Below, in pieces: positions 55,740 through 64,000 of a DNA stretch of 64,000 bases (its first letter is position 1; each line of letters begins with the position of its first letter). The notes beneath the pieces are model-generated. The model had not been told where the DNA came from, made no database searches, and saw only the letters and a list, made by a program, of their open reading frames with translations. The DNA comes from Planctomycetota bacterium. GTDB lineage: Bacteria; Planctomycetota; PLA2; JAEUHO01. Position numbers and translations under genes: made by a program. Location of the stretch: positions 54,785 through 118,784 of the forward strand of contig JAXMAB010000013.1 of NCBI GenBank assembly GCA_046350655.1, written 5' to 3'.

Positions 55740-58513
55740 CTAGCGGCCGCGCAGCATCGCCTCCTGCTCCTTCAGATCCGTCACGCGGGCGCGGACGATG
55801 ATCATCAGGTTGCTGAGCTCGTCGCTCCGGCCCTTGCGGCTGAAGAGGAAGCTGAGCACGGGGATCTTGCCGAGCACCGGGATCTCGCTCTGCCGGTCGA
55901 CCGTGTTGATGTTCTTGAGGCCGCCGATCACGATGCTCCCGCCGTCCGGGATGCGCACCGTGGTGCGGGCCTTCTGCATCTTGAGCTCGGGCAGCTGGAT
56001 GATGACCGGCGAGAACGACGACGCGAGGGTCGTCGAGAACGTCGGGATCGGCTCGACCAGCTTGGCGACGGTCGGCTGCAGCTCGAGGGTGATGTACTTG
56101 CGGTCGTTGCTCACCGTGGGCCGCACGTCGAGCGTGAGGCCGTCCTGGATGACGCCGATGATCGGGTCGGCGATGAACGACGTCTGGGCGACCTCGACGT
56201 CGAAGTCCTGGATGTACGAGAGCTGGTTGACGACCGTCAGGTTCGCGCGCTGCGTGTTGTAGACGGTGATCGTCGGCGCCGTCAGCGTGCGGCCGGCCTG
56301 GGTCTTCTCGACCGCCTTCAGGATGGCGTTCAGCTGCAGGTCGTCGAGGTACGCGAGGCCGAGCGACGCGCCACCGAGGCTCGAGAGCACCGACCCGAGC
56401 GGGCGCTCGAAGATCTGCTCCGTGCGGCCGCGGAAGTCGCCGTCGGCGCCGTCGTTGAAGTACGCACCGGCCGACGGGTTGAGCGCGGCGCCCGCGGGGA
56501 GGCCCGGGCCGCCGTTGTCACGGCCGGCCGACGCCTTGTTCTCGAGGCCGTTCGTCACGTCGTCGAGGTTGACCAGCGAGCCCGGCGTCTGGCCGCCGAG
56601 GCCGCGGAAGTCCACGCCGATGTCGCGCAGGAAGTTGTCCGAGACCGTCAGGAAGCGGGTGTCCACCGTCACGACGATGCCGGAGAACGCGCGCAGGTCG
56701 TCGAGGAACTTCGCGACCTGCTCCTGGATCTCCTCGGTGTGCTTGACGATGATCGCGGCATCGCCCTGGTTGCTGATCGCGTTGCCCTCGATGTCCCAGG
56801 TGCCCGGGGCGCCGACGGCCGCCTTGATCAGGTCGATGAGCTCGGCCGCGCCGCCGAACGGCTTCACGGTCTCCTCGCCCTCGCCGCCGAAGAGGGGGTT
56901 CTCCTCGTCGTTGACCTGGTCGCTCATGACGAGGTCGATCTTGGGCGGACGGAACTCCGTCAGGCCCTGGGTGAGGTCCGCGACGCTGTGCGTGCGGAGG
57001 ACGAGGTCGTACTTGACCAGGTCCTTCTTGGTGAAGATCACCATGTTCCCGCGGACGGTCCAGACGACGCCCTCGCCCGTCGCCTTCAGCATGTCGAGGA
57101 CCTGCTGGAGGGGGATCTGCTCGACGTTGATCGGCGTCACGTTCGAGTCGGCGACGTCGGCGATGCGCGAGTCGATGACGAGGTTGATGCCCGTCTGGAT
57201 CTGGAGGGTCTGGACGACCTCCTTGAACGGACGGCCGTCGACCGCGAGGCTGACGTTCGTCGTCTTGAGCTTCGCGGAGAGGCGCGCGGCGTCCGGGTCC
57301 GCCTTGGCGGCGTTGAAGGCCGAGCGCTGGCCGGCGCGGGCGCGCGTGATCTTGTCCCAGAACGACTGGCTGGGCCACATGAGGATCTTGTGCTGGAGGT
57401 TGCGCGTGCCCTCCATGTCGTCGCGCCACTCGATGAACGCGCGCTTCTCCTTCTTGGAGTGCTCGCGGCTCACCTTCTCGTGACGGGCCGCCGTCGCGGC
57501 GTCGACGAGCTCACGGGCCTTGCAGTTGTCGGGCTGCGCGAGCAGCACGGCCTCGGCCTGGTTGATCGCCTCGTCGAACTCGTCGCGCTCGAAGTGGTCG
57601 ATCGCCGAGAACATCAGCGACTCGAGCTTCTGCTGCTCGTCGAGGAGACGCTTCTCCTCCTCGGCGGCCATGGCGCCCATGGCCTCCTCGGTCGCGGCCT
57701 GGCGGTCGGCCTTCGCGGTCTCCTCGCGGCCCTTGCGGGCGCGCGCGAGGTCGCGCTCGGCGGTCGGGCGGAGGTCGCGCCAGTCGATCGGGTACGGCGA
57801 CGCGTTGATGATGTTCAGCGCGTTCTCGAGGTTCTCGATCGCCGCGTCGTACTCGCCCTTGGCCAGCGCGTTGTGGCCGAGCTGCGCGTACTTCTGCGCG
57901 GTGGTCTTCTGCTCGTCGATCAGGACCTGCTGCTTGCGGACGACGTCCTCGAGGGTGCCCGTGGCGCCGGCGTCGCGGCGGCCGAGGAGCTCCCGGACGC
58001 GCGCGAGCTCGCGCGCGGCCTCGGGGTTCGTCGGGGCGAGCTCGACCGCCTTCGCGAAGTCGCGCTCGGCGTCCTCGAGGCGGCCGGCCTGGACGTTCGC
58101 GCGGCCCGTGTCGAGGAGGCTGCGGACCAGGAACTCGGACTTCTGGGACTCGATCGCGGCGCGGCGCGCGAGCTCGTCGGCGTAGGCCTTCGCGGCGTCC
58201 TGGGGGGACACGGCCGGGGCCGGCGCGGGGGCCGGGGCGCGTCGGCGGCCGGAGCCGCGGGCGCGGGCGGCGCATCGGCGGCCGGAGCCGCGGGAGCCGC
58301 GGGCTCGGGCGGCGGCGGGGGCGCCGGCTCGTCGGCGCGCGCGATCGGCATCGGCAGCGGCACGAACGCCGCCACGACGTCGCCACGCGGCGCGTTGGAG
58401 CGCGCGAGGCGCTCGCCACGGCAACCGCCGGCCACCGCGAGCGTCGCGGCGAGCGCGACGACGGAGGCCACGTTCACCCAACCCACATTCCGCTGCGTCG
58501 AGGACCTCTGCAT
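55740..58513 (-). CDS. Secretin (GspD/PilQ superfamily) with N-terminal TPRs; -1 frameshift near 58234-58237
   Basis: ATG 58513 with GGAGA. The ADAPPAPA repeat continues if one C is restored (about 924 aa). TPRs; secretin motifs VDTRFLTV..DIGVDF, LDVRPTVSNDRKYITLEL, TTVRIPDGGSIVIGG, IPVLGKIPVLSFLF. Confidence 0.88.
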
Positions 58514-58640
58514 GGGAGATCTGTCTCCGATGCGCCCTGGCCCGACGTCTCGGGACAGCGGCGCGGAACGGCCAACCCTACGTGCTGCGGGGGTGCGAAC
58601 CGCCGTGGTCGCCCGAGCCGCAACACGTCCCAACCACGTA

Positions 58641-58714
58641 CTCCTGCGCGAACTCCTGCAAGAACCGAGGTTCCTGCCGTTTCGCCGCGTTCCCGCAGGA
58701 ACTCGCGTTCCTGC
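58641..58714. promoter_or_regulatory. Putative operator array upstream of the secretin gene
   Basis: Palindromes GCAAGAAC-N4-GTTCCTGC (58658-58677) and GCAGGAAC-N4-GTTCCTGC (58695-58714); five YTCCTGC-like boxes. Confidence 0.5.
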
Positions 58715-59037
58715 CGCAACACGGGCCGAACTCACGAACGTCTCGGCTCCGCGCGGCGCCGACGGCGCGAGGCCCGGGGGCTCCCGGAAGCCGGGGGAAC
58801 CCGGCTGTCGCACGCGAGCGCCCTGCCCGAGCCCTCGTCGCGCAACCCAACGCGCTGCCGAAACCGAACGACTCCGAACCGCGGGTCAGAGGGAACACGG
58901 CGCGGGTAACGGCCATGTCATAACCCGTGGCAGGAGCGGGGATTCTGTACCGGACACTACCCCCCCGGCGCAAGGGAAAAGAGGCGACGGGAGCCCCAGG
59001 ACCCCGCGGGGGGCACGAACGGGGCCCGACGGGGTCC

Positions 59038-59076
59038 GGGACCGCGAGGCCCGCCGGCCGCCGGGCCTCGCGGTCC
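59038..59076. repeat. REP-like palindrome, copy of 30347-30386
   Basis: gggaccgcgaggcccg-ccggccgc-cgggcctcgcggtcc, 13 nt after the sulfatase-like gene stop. Confidence 0.75.
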
Positions 59077-59089
59077 GGGAAGGGGATCG

Positions 59090-60868
59090 TCATCGGCAGC
59101 CCCCCGGCGTGGCGCGCGGAGGCGGGGCCTGGCGCAGGGTCGCGGCGGTGGCGGTCGCGGCGTCGGCGCGGGCGGTGTCGCCGGTCTGCCGGGCGGCGTC
59201 GGCCTCGAGGTCGGCGAGGCGTGCGTCGCGCGGGAGGCGGTCCTTCCAGGCCGCGAGGAGCGTGAGGGTGCCGGGGGCGTCGCCGGCGGCCAGGGTCGAG
59301 CGGGCGGCGAGGAGGAGGGTGTCGGCGTCGGTGCGGCCGCGGTCGAGCGCGGCGAGGAAGTCCGCGCGGGCGGCCGTGTGGTCGGCGGGGGACTTCGCGA
59401 GGGTCCGGCGGGCGCGGCCGCGCCAGAAGGCGATGGCGGGGTTGGTGGGGTCGCGGGCGTCGAGGGTGTCGAGCTCCCGGAGCGCGGCGCGGACGCGGTC
59501 GGGGTGGACCGGCGTGGAGACGACGGCGCTCGCGGCGCGGTCGAGGCGGCCGGCGTCGCCGATGGCGGCGTAGGGGTCGGGACGGCGGCCGTTCGCGACC
59601 GGGTCGTCGAAGCCGCCGACGGCGCCGCCCGCGCCGTACCCGCCGGCGCCGGCCCCCCCCCGGTCGGTGGGCGGAGCTTCGAGCTGGCGGTAGAGGCGGA
59701 GGGCGGCGGCGGGGGCCTGCGCGTCGGTGGCGGACTCGGCGGGGACGCCGGCGTCCTGGCCGGGGGCGCCGTCGGTGAGGTGGAAGAGGAGGCGGCGGCC
59801 GGGGGCGTCGCCCCGGTCCTCGAGCTTGGCGCGGCCGACCACGGCGGAGGTGAGCTGGGCCCATCGGTACTGGTGGAACGCGTGGAGGGCCTCGGCGACG
59901 CGGGGACGGTCGGGGGCGGCGGGACCGGCGAGGAGGTCGCGGCCGCCGAGCGGGAGGTCGGCGGGGGTCGGGAAGGGGACGTGCGCGAGGTGGGCGAGCG
60001 TGGGGGCGACGTCGGCGAGGTCGACGGGGTCGGTGCGGACGCCGGGGGCGAGGCCGGGCGCGACGAGGAGGAAGGGCACGCGGAGCACGGCTTCGGCGAG
60101 GAGGAGGCCGTGGGAGGGCTCGCCGAGCTCGCCGAGGGCTTCGCCGTGGTCGGCGGTGAGGAGGATCGCGGTGGCGGGGCCGCGCGCGGCGGTGAGGCCG
60201 GTCGTAAGGGTGCCGACGACGGCGTCGGCCGCCGCGACGTCGGTGCGGTAGTCGGGGCGGTAGGGCTGGTGGGGCTCGAAGAGGTGCACCCAGAGGAAGA
60301 CGGGGCGGTCGCGCGGGACCGACGCGAGCCACGTCAAGGCGAGCTGGACGGTCTGGGGGCCGGGGCGTTCGGCGTACGCGCCGCCGGCGAAGTCGTCGAG
60401 GGCGCCGTCGTCGTAGGCGTGGAAGCCGGCGTCGAGGCCGTAGCGGGCGACGAGGGGGCCGGCGGACGTGAACGCGCCGCAGCACCAGCCGGCGTCCGCG
60501 AGGACCTCGGCGAGGAGGGGCCAGGGGCGCTGCGCGCGGGGCGGGAGCCGCGAGGCGGAGTTGCTGCGGACGCCGTGCAGCGCGGGCGGCCGCGCGGACA
60601 TCATGGTCGTGTGGGCGGGCAGCGTGAGCGGGACGGGGGTGCGGGCGTCGTCGAAGCGGAGGCCCTCGCGCGCGAGCGCGTCGATGGCCGGCGTGGCGAC
60701 CTGGACGGTGCCGCCGGCGGGCACGTACGCCGAGACGTGGTCGCGGCGGAGCGTGTCCACGGTCACGAGGACGATCGTCCGGACGGTGGGGGGCGCTTCG
60801 CCGTTCCCGCACCCGCTGCCCAGGACGATCCCGAGGGCGGCGACGGCGAGGGTCCGGGCGACGTTCAC
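59090..60868 (-). CDS. Sulfatase-like (alkaline phosphatase superfamily) lipoprotein with C-terminal TPR
   Basis: Lipobox LGSG-C; LVTVDTLRRDH, VPLTLPAHTTMMS, FLWVHLFEPH, TADHGEALGELGE..HG, VPF; TPR-like AIAFWRGR...DFLAAL. Confidence 0.85.
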   Translation of the reverse strand: MNVARTLAVAALGIVLGSGCGNGEAPPTVRTIVLVTVDTLRRDHVSAYVPAGGTVQVATPAIDALAREGLRFDDARTPVPLTLPAHTTMMSARPPALHGVRSNSASRLPPRAQRPWPLLAEVLADAGWCCGAFTSAGPLVARYGLDAGFHAYDDGALDDFAGGAYAERPGPQTVQLALTWLASVPRDRPVFLWVHLFEPHQPYRPDYRTDVAAADAVVGTLTTGLTAARGPATAILLTADHGEALGELGEPSHGLLLAEAVLRVPFLLVAPGLAPGVRTDPVDLADVAPTLAHLAHVPFPTPADLPLGGRDLLAGPAAPDRPRVAEALHAFHQYRWAQLTSAVVGRAKLEDRGDAPGRRLLFHLTDGAPGQDAGVPAESATDAQAPAAALRLYRQLEAPPTDRGGAGAGGYGAGGAVGGFDDPVANGRRPDPYAAIGDAGRLDRAASAVVSTPVHPDRVRAALRELDTLDARDPTNPAIAFWRGRARRTLAKSPADHTAARADFLAALDRGRTDADTLLLAARSTLAAGDAPGTLTLLAAWKDRLPRDARLADLEADAARQTGDTARADAATATAATLRQAPPPRATPGGCR

Positions 60869-61179
60869 GCGCTCCCTTCTACGCGGCCTCGTTCACCGCC
60901 CCGTCACACCGTCCGCCGCACCCGTCCGTCCTCATCCGCTCCGACTCCGTCGCCCCTGTCGGCTCCCGCCGCGCACGGACGAGCGGCGCGCCGTTCCCGT
61001 GATCTGGGGCGTCGTGGCTCCCGGCCTCCGGCCTTCCGATCCTCCGGGATCGCTGCTGCGAGCTCGTCCGAACTGCGCGGCGAGGAGACAACGTCGCCGA
61101 TGCCCCGTTCGCAGCAACGAAAACGGGCCCGGCGGTCGATCCCGCCGGGCCCGTCCGTGATCCGATCACGTTCTTCGAT

Positions 61180-61737
61180 CTAGCGGGGCGCCTGCTGCGA
61201 ACGCGGCATCGGCGACGGCGCTCCCACGAAGTTCACCTCATTGATCCCCGCCTCCAGGAAGGAGTCGAGGATCCGGATGACGTCCGCGTGCGGCACCGCG
61301 GCCCCGAAGGGCTGCGGCGTGTCGATCTCGCCCTTGAACTCGGGCTTGCCCTCGCGAAGACGCTTGATCACGTTCGCGATCTCGGCGTACTTGGCGTCCC
61401 GCATCTTCTCGACCGCCATGTCGTCGGCGCGCTTGCCCGTCCACTTGTAGACCGGGAGAACGACCTCGTGGACCGTGCCGATCTTGATCTTGGTGCGGGC
61501 GGCGTCCGGATTGTCGGCGTCGAGGCGGAAGAGCGACACCTTGATCGAAGGGATGGGCTCGACCATCTGCGGCGTCGCCTCGACGCCGCGGTCCTTCGGG
61601 AGGGCGCTCTCGATGCGGTAGTCCATCGACTTGAACCGCAGGTTGAACAGGAAGAAGAGGATGAGCTGGAACACGATGTCGATCATCGGCGTCATGTTCA
61701 GCTCGGATTCGGACATCTTCTCGATCTTGAGCGGCAT
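61180..61737 (-). CDS. ExbD/TolR-family protein
   Basis: LNMTPMIDIVFQLILFFL; C-terminal VPHADVIRILDSFLEAGINEV. Confidence 0.88.
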   Translation of the reverse strand: MPLKIEKMSESELNMTPMIDIVFQLILFFLFNLRFKSMDYRIESALPKDRGVEATPQMVEPIPSIKVSLFRLDADNPDAARTKIKIGTVHEVVLPVYKWTGKRADDMAVEKMRDAKYAEIANVIKRLREGKPEFKGEIDTPQPFGAAVPHADVIRILDSFLEAGINEVNFVGAPSPMPRSQQAPR

Positions 61738-61764
61738 GCGGGTCTCCTGGCGCGCCGGGGCGCG

Positions 61765-62298
61765 TCACTCCTTCGGGGGACCTTCGACGCCGAAGTGGAT
61801 CTTGTAGATCTTCTGCTCGGCGCAGATCTGCATGACCCACTGGACGTACTTCCACTTCGTCGTGCGGTCCCCGCGGACCAGCACCATCACCTTGCTCGAG
61901 CCGTCCTTCTCCCGGAGGGCCGGGTTTCGGGTGAGCTCCTTCAGCTTGTCCCGCAGGAGGTTGAGCGACTTCTGCTGCTCGGCGGGGCTGGCCGCCGACA
62001 GCGGGTACTCGTCGCCCTTCAGCATGATGTTGCCGTTGGCGAGGAGGTTGATGACGAAGCGGGTGTTGTCGCTGCGCGCCTCCTCCTTCGACTTCCCCTT
62101 CGCGATCTCGAGGGTGGCGTTGGCGCCCGGGTCCTTGTCCTCGACGCCCTTGTTGGCGCGAGGCAGGTCGAGCGCGGCCAGCTCCTTGCGGGAGAGGTCG
62201 AGGGTCAGCATGAAGAACGTGACGAGGTTGAACACGATGTCGATCATCGGCGTCATGTTCAGCTTGCCCTCGTCGGTCGCGGGCATCTTGATGGGCAT
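61765..62298 (-). CDS. ExbD/TolR-family protein
   Basis: LNMTPMIDIVFNLVTFFML; LDLPRA; VLVRGDRTTKWKYVQWVM. Confidence 0.9.
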   Translation of the reverse strand: MPIKMPATDEGKLNMTPMIDIVFNLVTFFMLTLDLSRKELAALDLPRANKGVEDKDPGANATLEIAKGKSKEEARSDNTRFVINLLANGNIMLKGDEYPLSAASPAEQQKSLNLLRDKLKELTRNPALREKDGSSKVMVLVRGDRTTKWKYVQWVMQICAEQKIYKIHFGVEGPPKE

Positions 62299-62372
62299 GG
62301 GGTCCCTTTCACAGTCTCCGGGAGGCCCGACGGGCGGACGGGGCGGGCCTCCCGGGAGATCGTTCCGGCCGA

Positions 62373-63098
62373 TTACTTCCGGAAGCGCTGGATCATGTCC
62401 TCGGCGACGCCGCCGAGGTCGATCGCGATCTTCGTGACCTTGTCACGGAAGTACTGGTAGGCGGTCACGGCCGGCATCGAGACGACAAGACCGTCGAACG
62501 TCGTCACAAGCGCGGCCGAGATGCCGGTCGCGAGGTCCGTCGGGGTGACCGCGGCGCCGAGGGCCTTGATGGTCTTGAACGCCACGATCATGCCGACCAC
62601 CGTGCCGAACAGACCGAGGAGGGGGCCGATGTTCGACAGCCAGAGGATCCAGCCGACCTTCTGCTGGAGCTTCGTGACCTCGACCGCGCCGCGGTTCTCG
62701 ATCGACGACTTGATGTCGTCGTAGCCGAAGTTCGCGCGCGAGAGGCCGGCCGCCATCATGTTCGTGAAGAAGTTCGGCTCGGACTCGCAGAGCTCCATCG
62801 CTTCCTGGACCTCGTCCTCCTCGAGGAGGGCCTCGATCTCGTCGATGAGCTCGGGGCGGCAGATCTTGTCGCGGCGGATGTTCACGCCGCACTCGATGAT
62901 GAGGGCGACCGTCGCGACGGACAGGACGATGATCAGCCAGCCGACGGTGCCGCCGTCACGGAGGATGTCCTCCATGGTGAGCGATCCGCTGAAGTCGTGG
63001 CCCGCCGCCGGCGCATCGGCCGCGAGCGCGGATCCGGCGACCGAGACGAAGGCAACGACGAACAGAAGTGCCAGCCAGCCGAACGTACGCGTACGCAT
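62373..63098 (-). CDS. MotA/TolQ/ExbB proton-channel family protein with signal peptide
   Basis: GPLLGLFGTVVGMIVAF, LATGISAALVTTFDGLVVSMPA; GGAG RBS. Confidence 0.92.
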   Translation of the reverse strand: MRTRTFGWLALLFVVAFVSVAGSALAADAPAAGHDFSGSLTMEDILRDGGTVGWLIIVLSVATVALIIECGVNIRRDKICRPELIDEIEALLEEDEVQEAMELCESEPNFFTNMMAAGLSRANFGYDDIKSSIENRGAVEVTKLQQKVGWILWLSNIGPLLGLFGTVVGMIVAFKTIKALGAAVTPTDLATGISAALVTTFDGLVVSMPAVTAYQYFRDKVTKIAIDLGGVAEDMIQRFRK

Positions 63099-63269
63099 GG
63101 ACTCTCCTTGCGGGACTCAGACCTCGGAACCGAGGCGAATGGGGGAGCGACGAAGGGGGGGAAGGTACCGAACCGCGGACCTGTTTTCCAGATCCGGGGG
63201 AAGGCAGCGACTGGGTACCCGGAGGGGGCGGGGCCTTTCGCCCGCCCGGCCGGGGTGGGGGGGGACTGA

Positions 63270-63998
63270 CTAGGGTGCCTTGGTCGCCCACGACGAACCG
63301 CGCCAGTCCTTCTGGAGCTCGTCGCGGGCGCCCTTGGCCTGCGCCTGGTAGAGGGCCTTGCCCTCGGGCTTCGTGGCGGCCGAGGCCGCCCCGTCGGCGG
63401 CCTTGGCGAGGTAGTACAGGGCGCGGGGCACCTCGGCGGTGACCGAGAAGTACTTCACGCGCACCTGCGCAAAGGCGAACACCGCCTCGCTGTACTTCTT
63501 CTCGGCGAGGAACGCGAGGCCGATGCCGTTCTGGGCGACGGCCTGGACGGTCGGCGCCAGCGCGCCGGCCAGGACCGCCTCGATGACCTCCGCGGGCTTG
63601 CCCGCGAGCTTCGTCTTGAGCGCCTCGGGTGTGCCCTGCTGCAGGAAGGCGCGGAGGCGGCCGAAGGCGGCGGGCGAGCCCTCCTTCTCCGCGGCCTCGC
63701 GCATGACGCGGGCCTTCTCCATGCGCGCCTCGTTGTAGAAGCGGCCGAAGTCGCGGCGGCTGCACGCGTCGGTCGTCTGCTCGAGGAGCGACTGCACGGC
63801 GGCGGTCGCGGCCTCGTACGCGGTCTCCGCGCCCGTGAGGTCCTTCTTCGCCTCGGCGACGCGGCCCGGGCCGAGCTTGGCCTCGTACGCGAAGCGGGCG
63901 CCGATGGGGGTGGTGATCGACTTCTGGTAGAGGGCGTCGAACGCCGCCGCGGCCTGGTCCGCGCGGTCGAGCGCGAGCAGCGTCTGGGCCTTGAGGAG
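63270..63998 (-). CDS. TPR-repeat protein (BamD/CpoB-like helical repeats), 5' part outside window
   Basis: Frame is open to the window end; GIGLAFLAEKKYSEAVFAFAQV...VPRALYYLAKA...ELQKDWRGSSWA. Confidence 0.7.
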   Translation of the reverse strand, partial: LLKAQTLLALDRADQAAAAFDALYQKSITTPIGARFAYEAKLGPGRVAEAKKDLTGAETAYEAATAAVQSLLEQTTDACSRRDFGRFYNEARMEKARVMREAAEKEGSPAAFGRLRAFLQQGTPEALKTKLAGKPAEVIEAVLAGALAPTVQAVAQNGIGLAFLAEKKYSEAVFAFAQVRVKYFSVTAEVPRALYYLAKAADGAASAATKPEGKALYQAQAKGARDELQKDWRGSSWATKAP

Positions 63999-64000
63999 CA

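Noticed and set aside
55224-55740. Small plus-strand gene starting at ATG 55224 after GGAGG
   Set aside because: SD spacing is long, the product is low-complexity Arg-rich, and the frame runs antisense through the secretin with no stop.
59090-60868. Formylglycine-dependent arylsulfatase
   Set aside because: Lacks C/S-x-P-x-R.

Overview
Very GC-rich (roughly 75% by eye) bacterial chromosomal segment, most likely from a Planctomycetota genome. That call is an inference from protein types: prenyltransferase-repeat exported protein, TPR-secretin, signal-peptide ExbB with two ExbD, PGN-loop EF-P. About 43 genes, no rRNA, tRNA, CRISPR or intact mobile element. Left to right: (1) exported prenyltransferase/squalene-cyclase-repeat protein, ECF sigma, FecR-like anti-sigma and a ~1800-aa GspK/pilin-like LamG protein; (2) efp, membrane-fused spermidine-synthase-like gene, DUF374; (3) a ~2 kb atypical island with a Cys-cluster gene, a 221-nt-period structured tandem repeat and an unannotated 30-aa membrane ORF; (4) enoyl-CoA hydratase, thioester alpha-2-macroglobulin and DUF2135; (5) a candidate self-contained cAMP circuit: dead plus active M14 peptidase pair, CHASE2 adenylate cyclase, SH3, M48, class II phosphodiesterase and cNMP-binding MscS channel; (6) two Opp/Dpp-type ABC systems flanking murJ, lptD-like and coaD; (7) ridA, HAD, stand-alone TPR-secretin, Thr-nucleophile sulfatase-like lipoprotein, and ExbD-ExbD-ExbB-TPR. 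Four genes carry small indels (speE-like, M48, murJ, secretin), probably long-read errors. Most long ORFs in the supplied track are GC-driven shadow frames. All domain calls come from motif recognition by eye; no searches were run.
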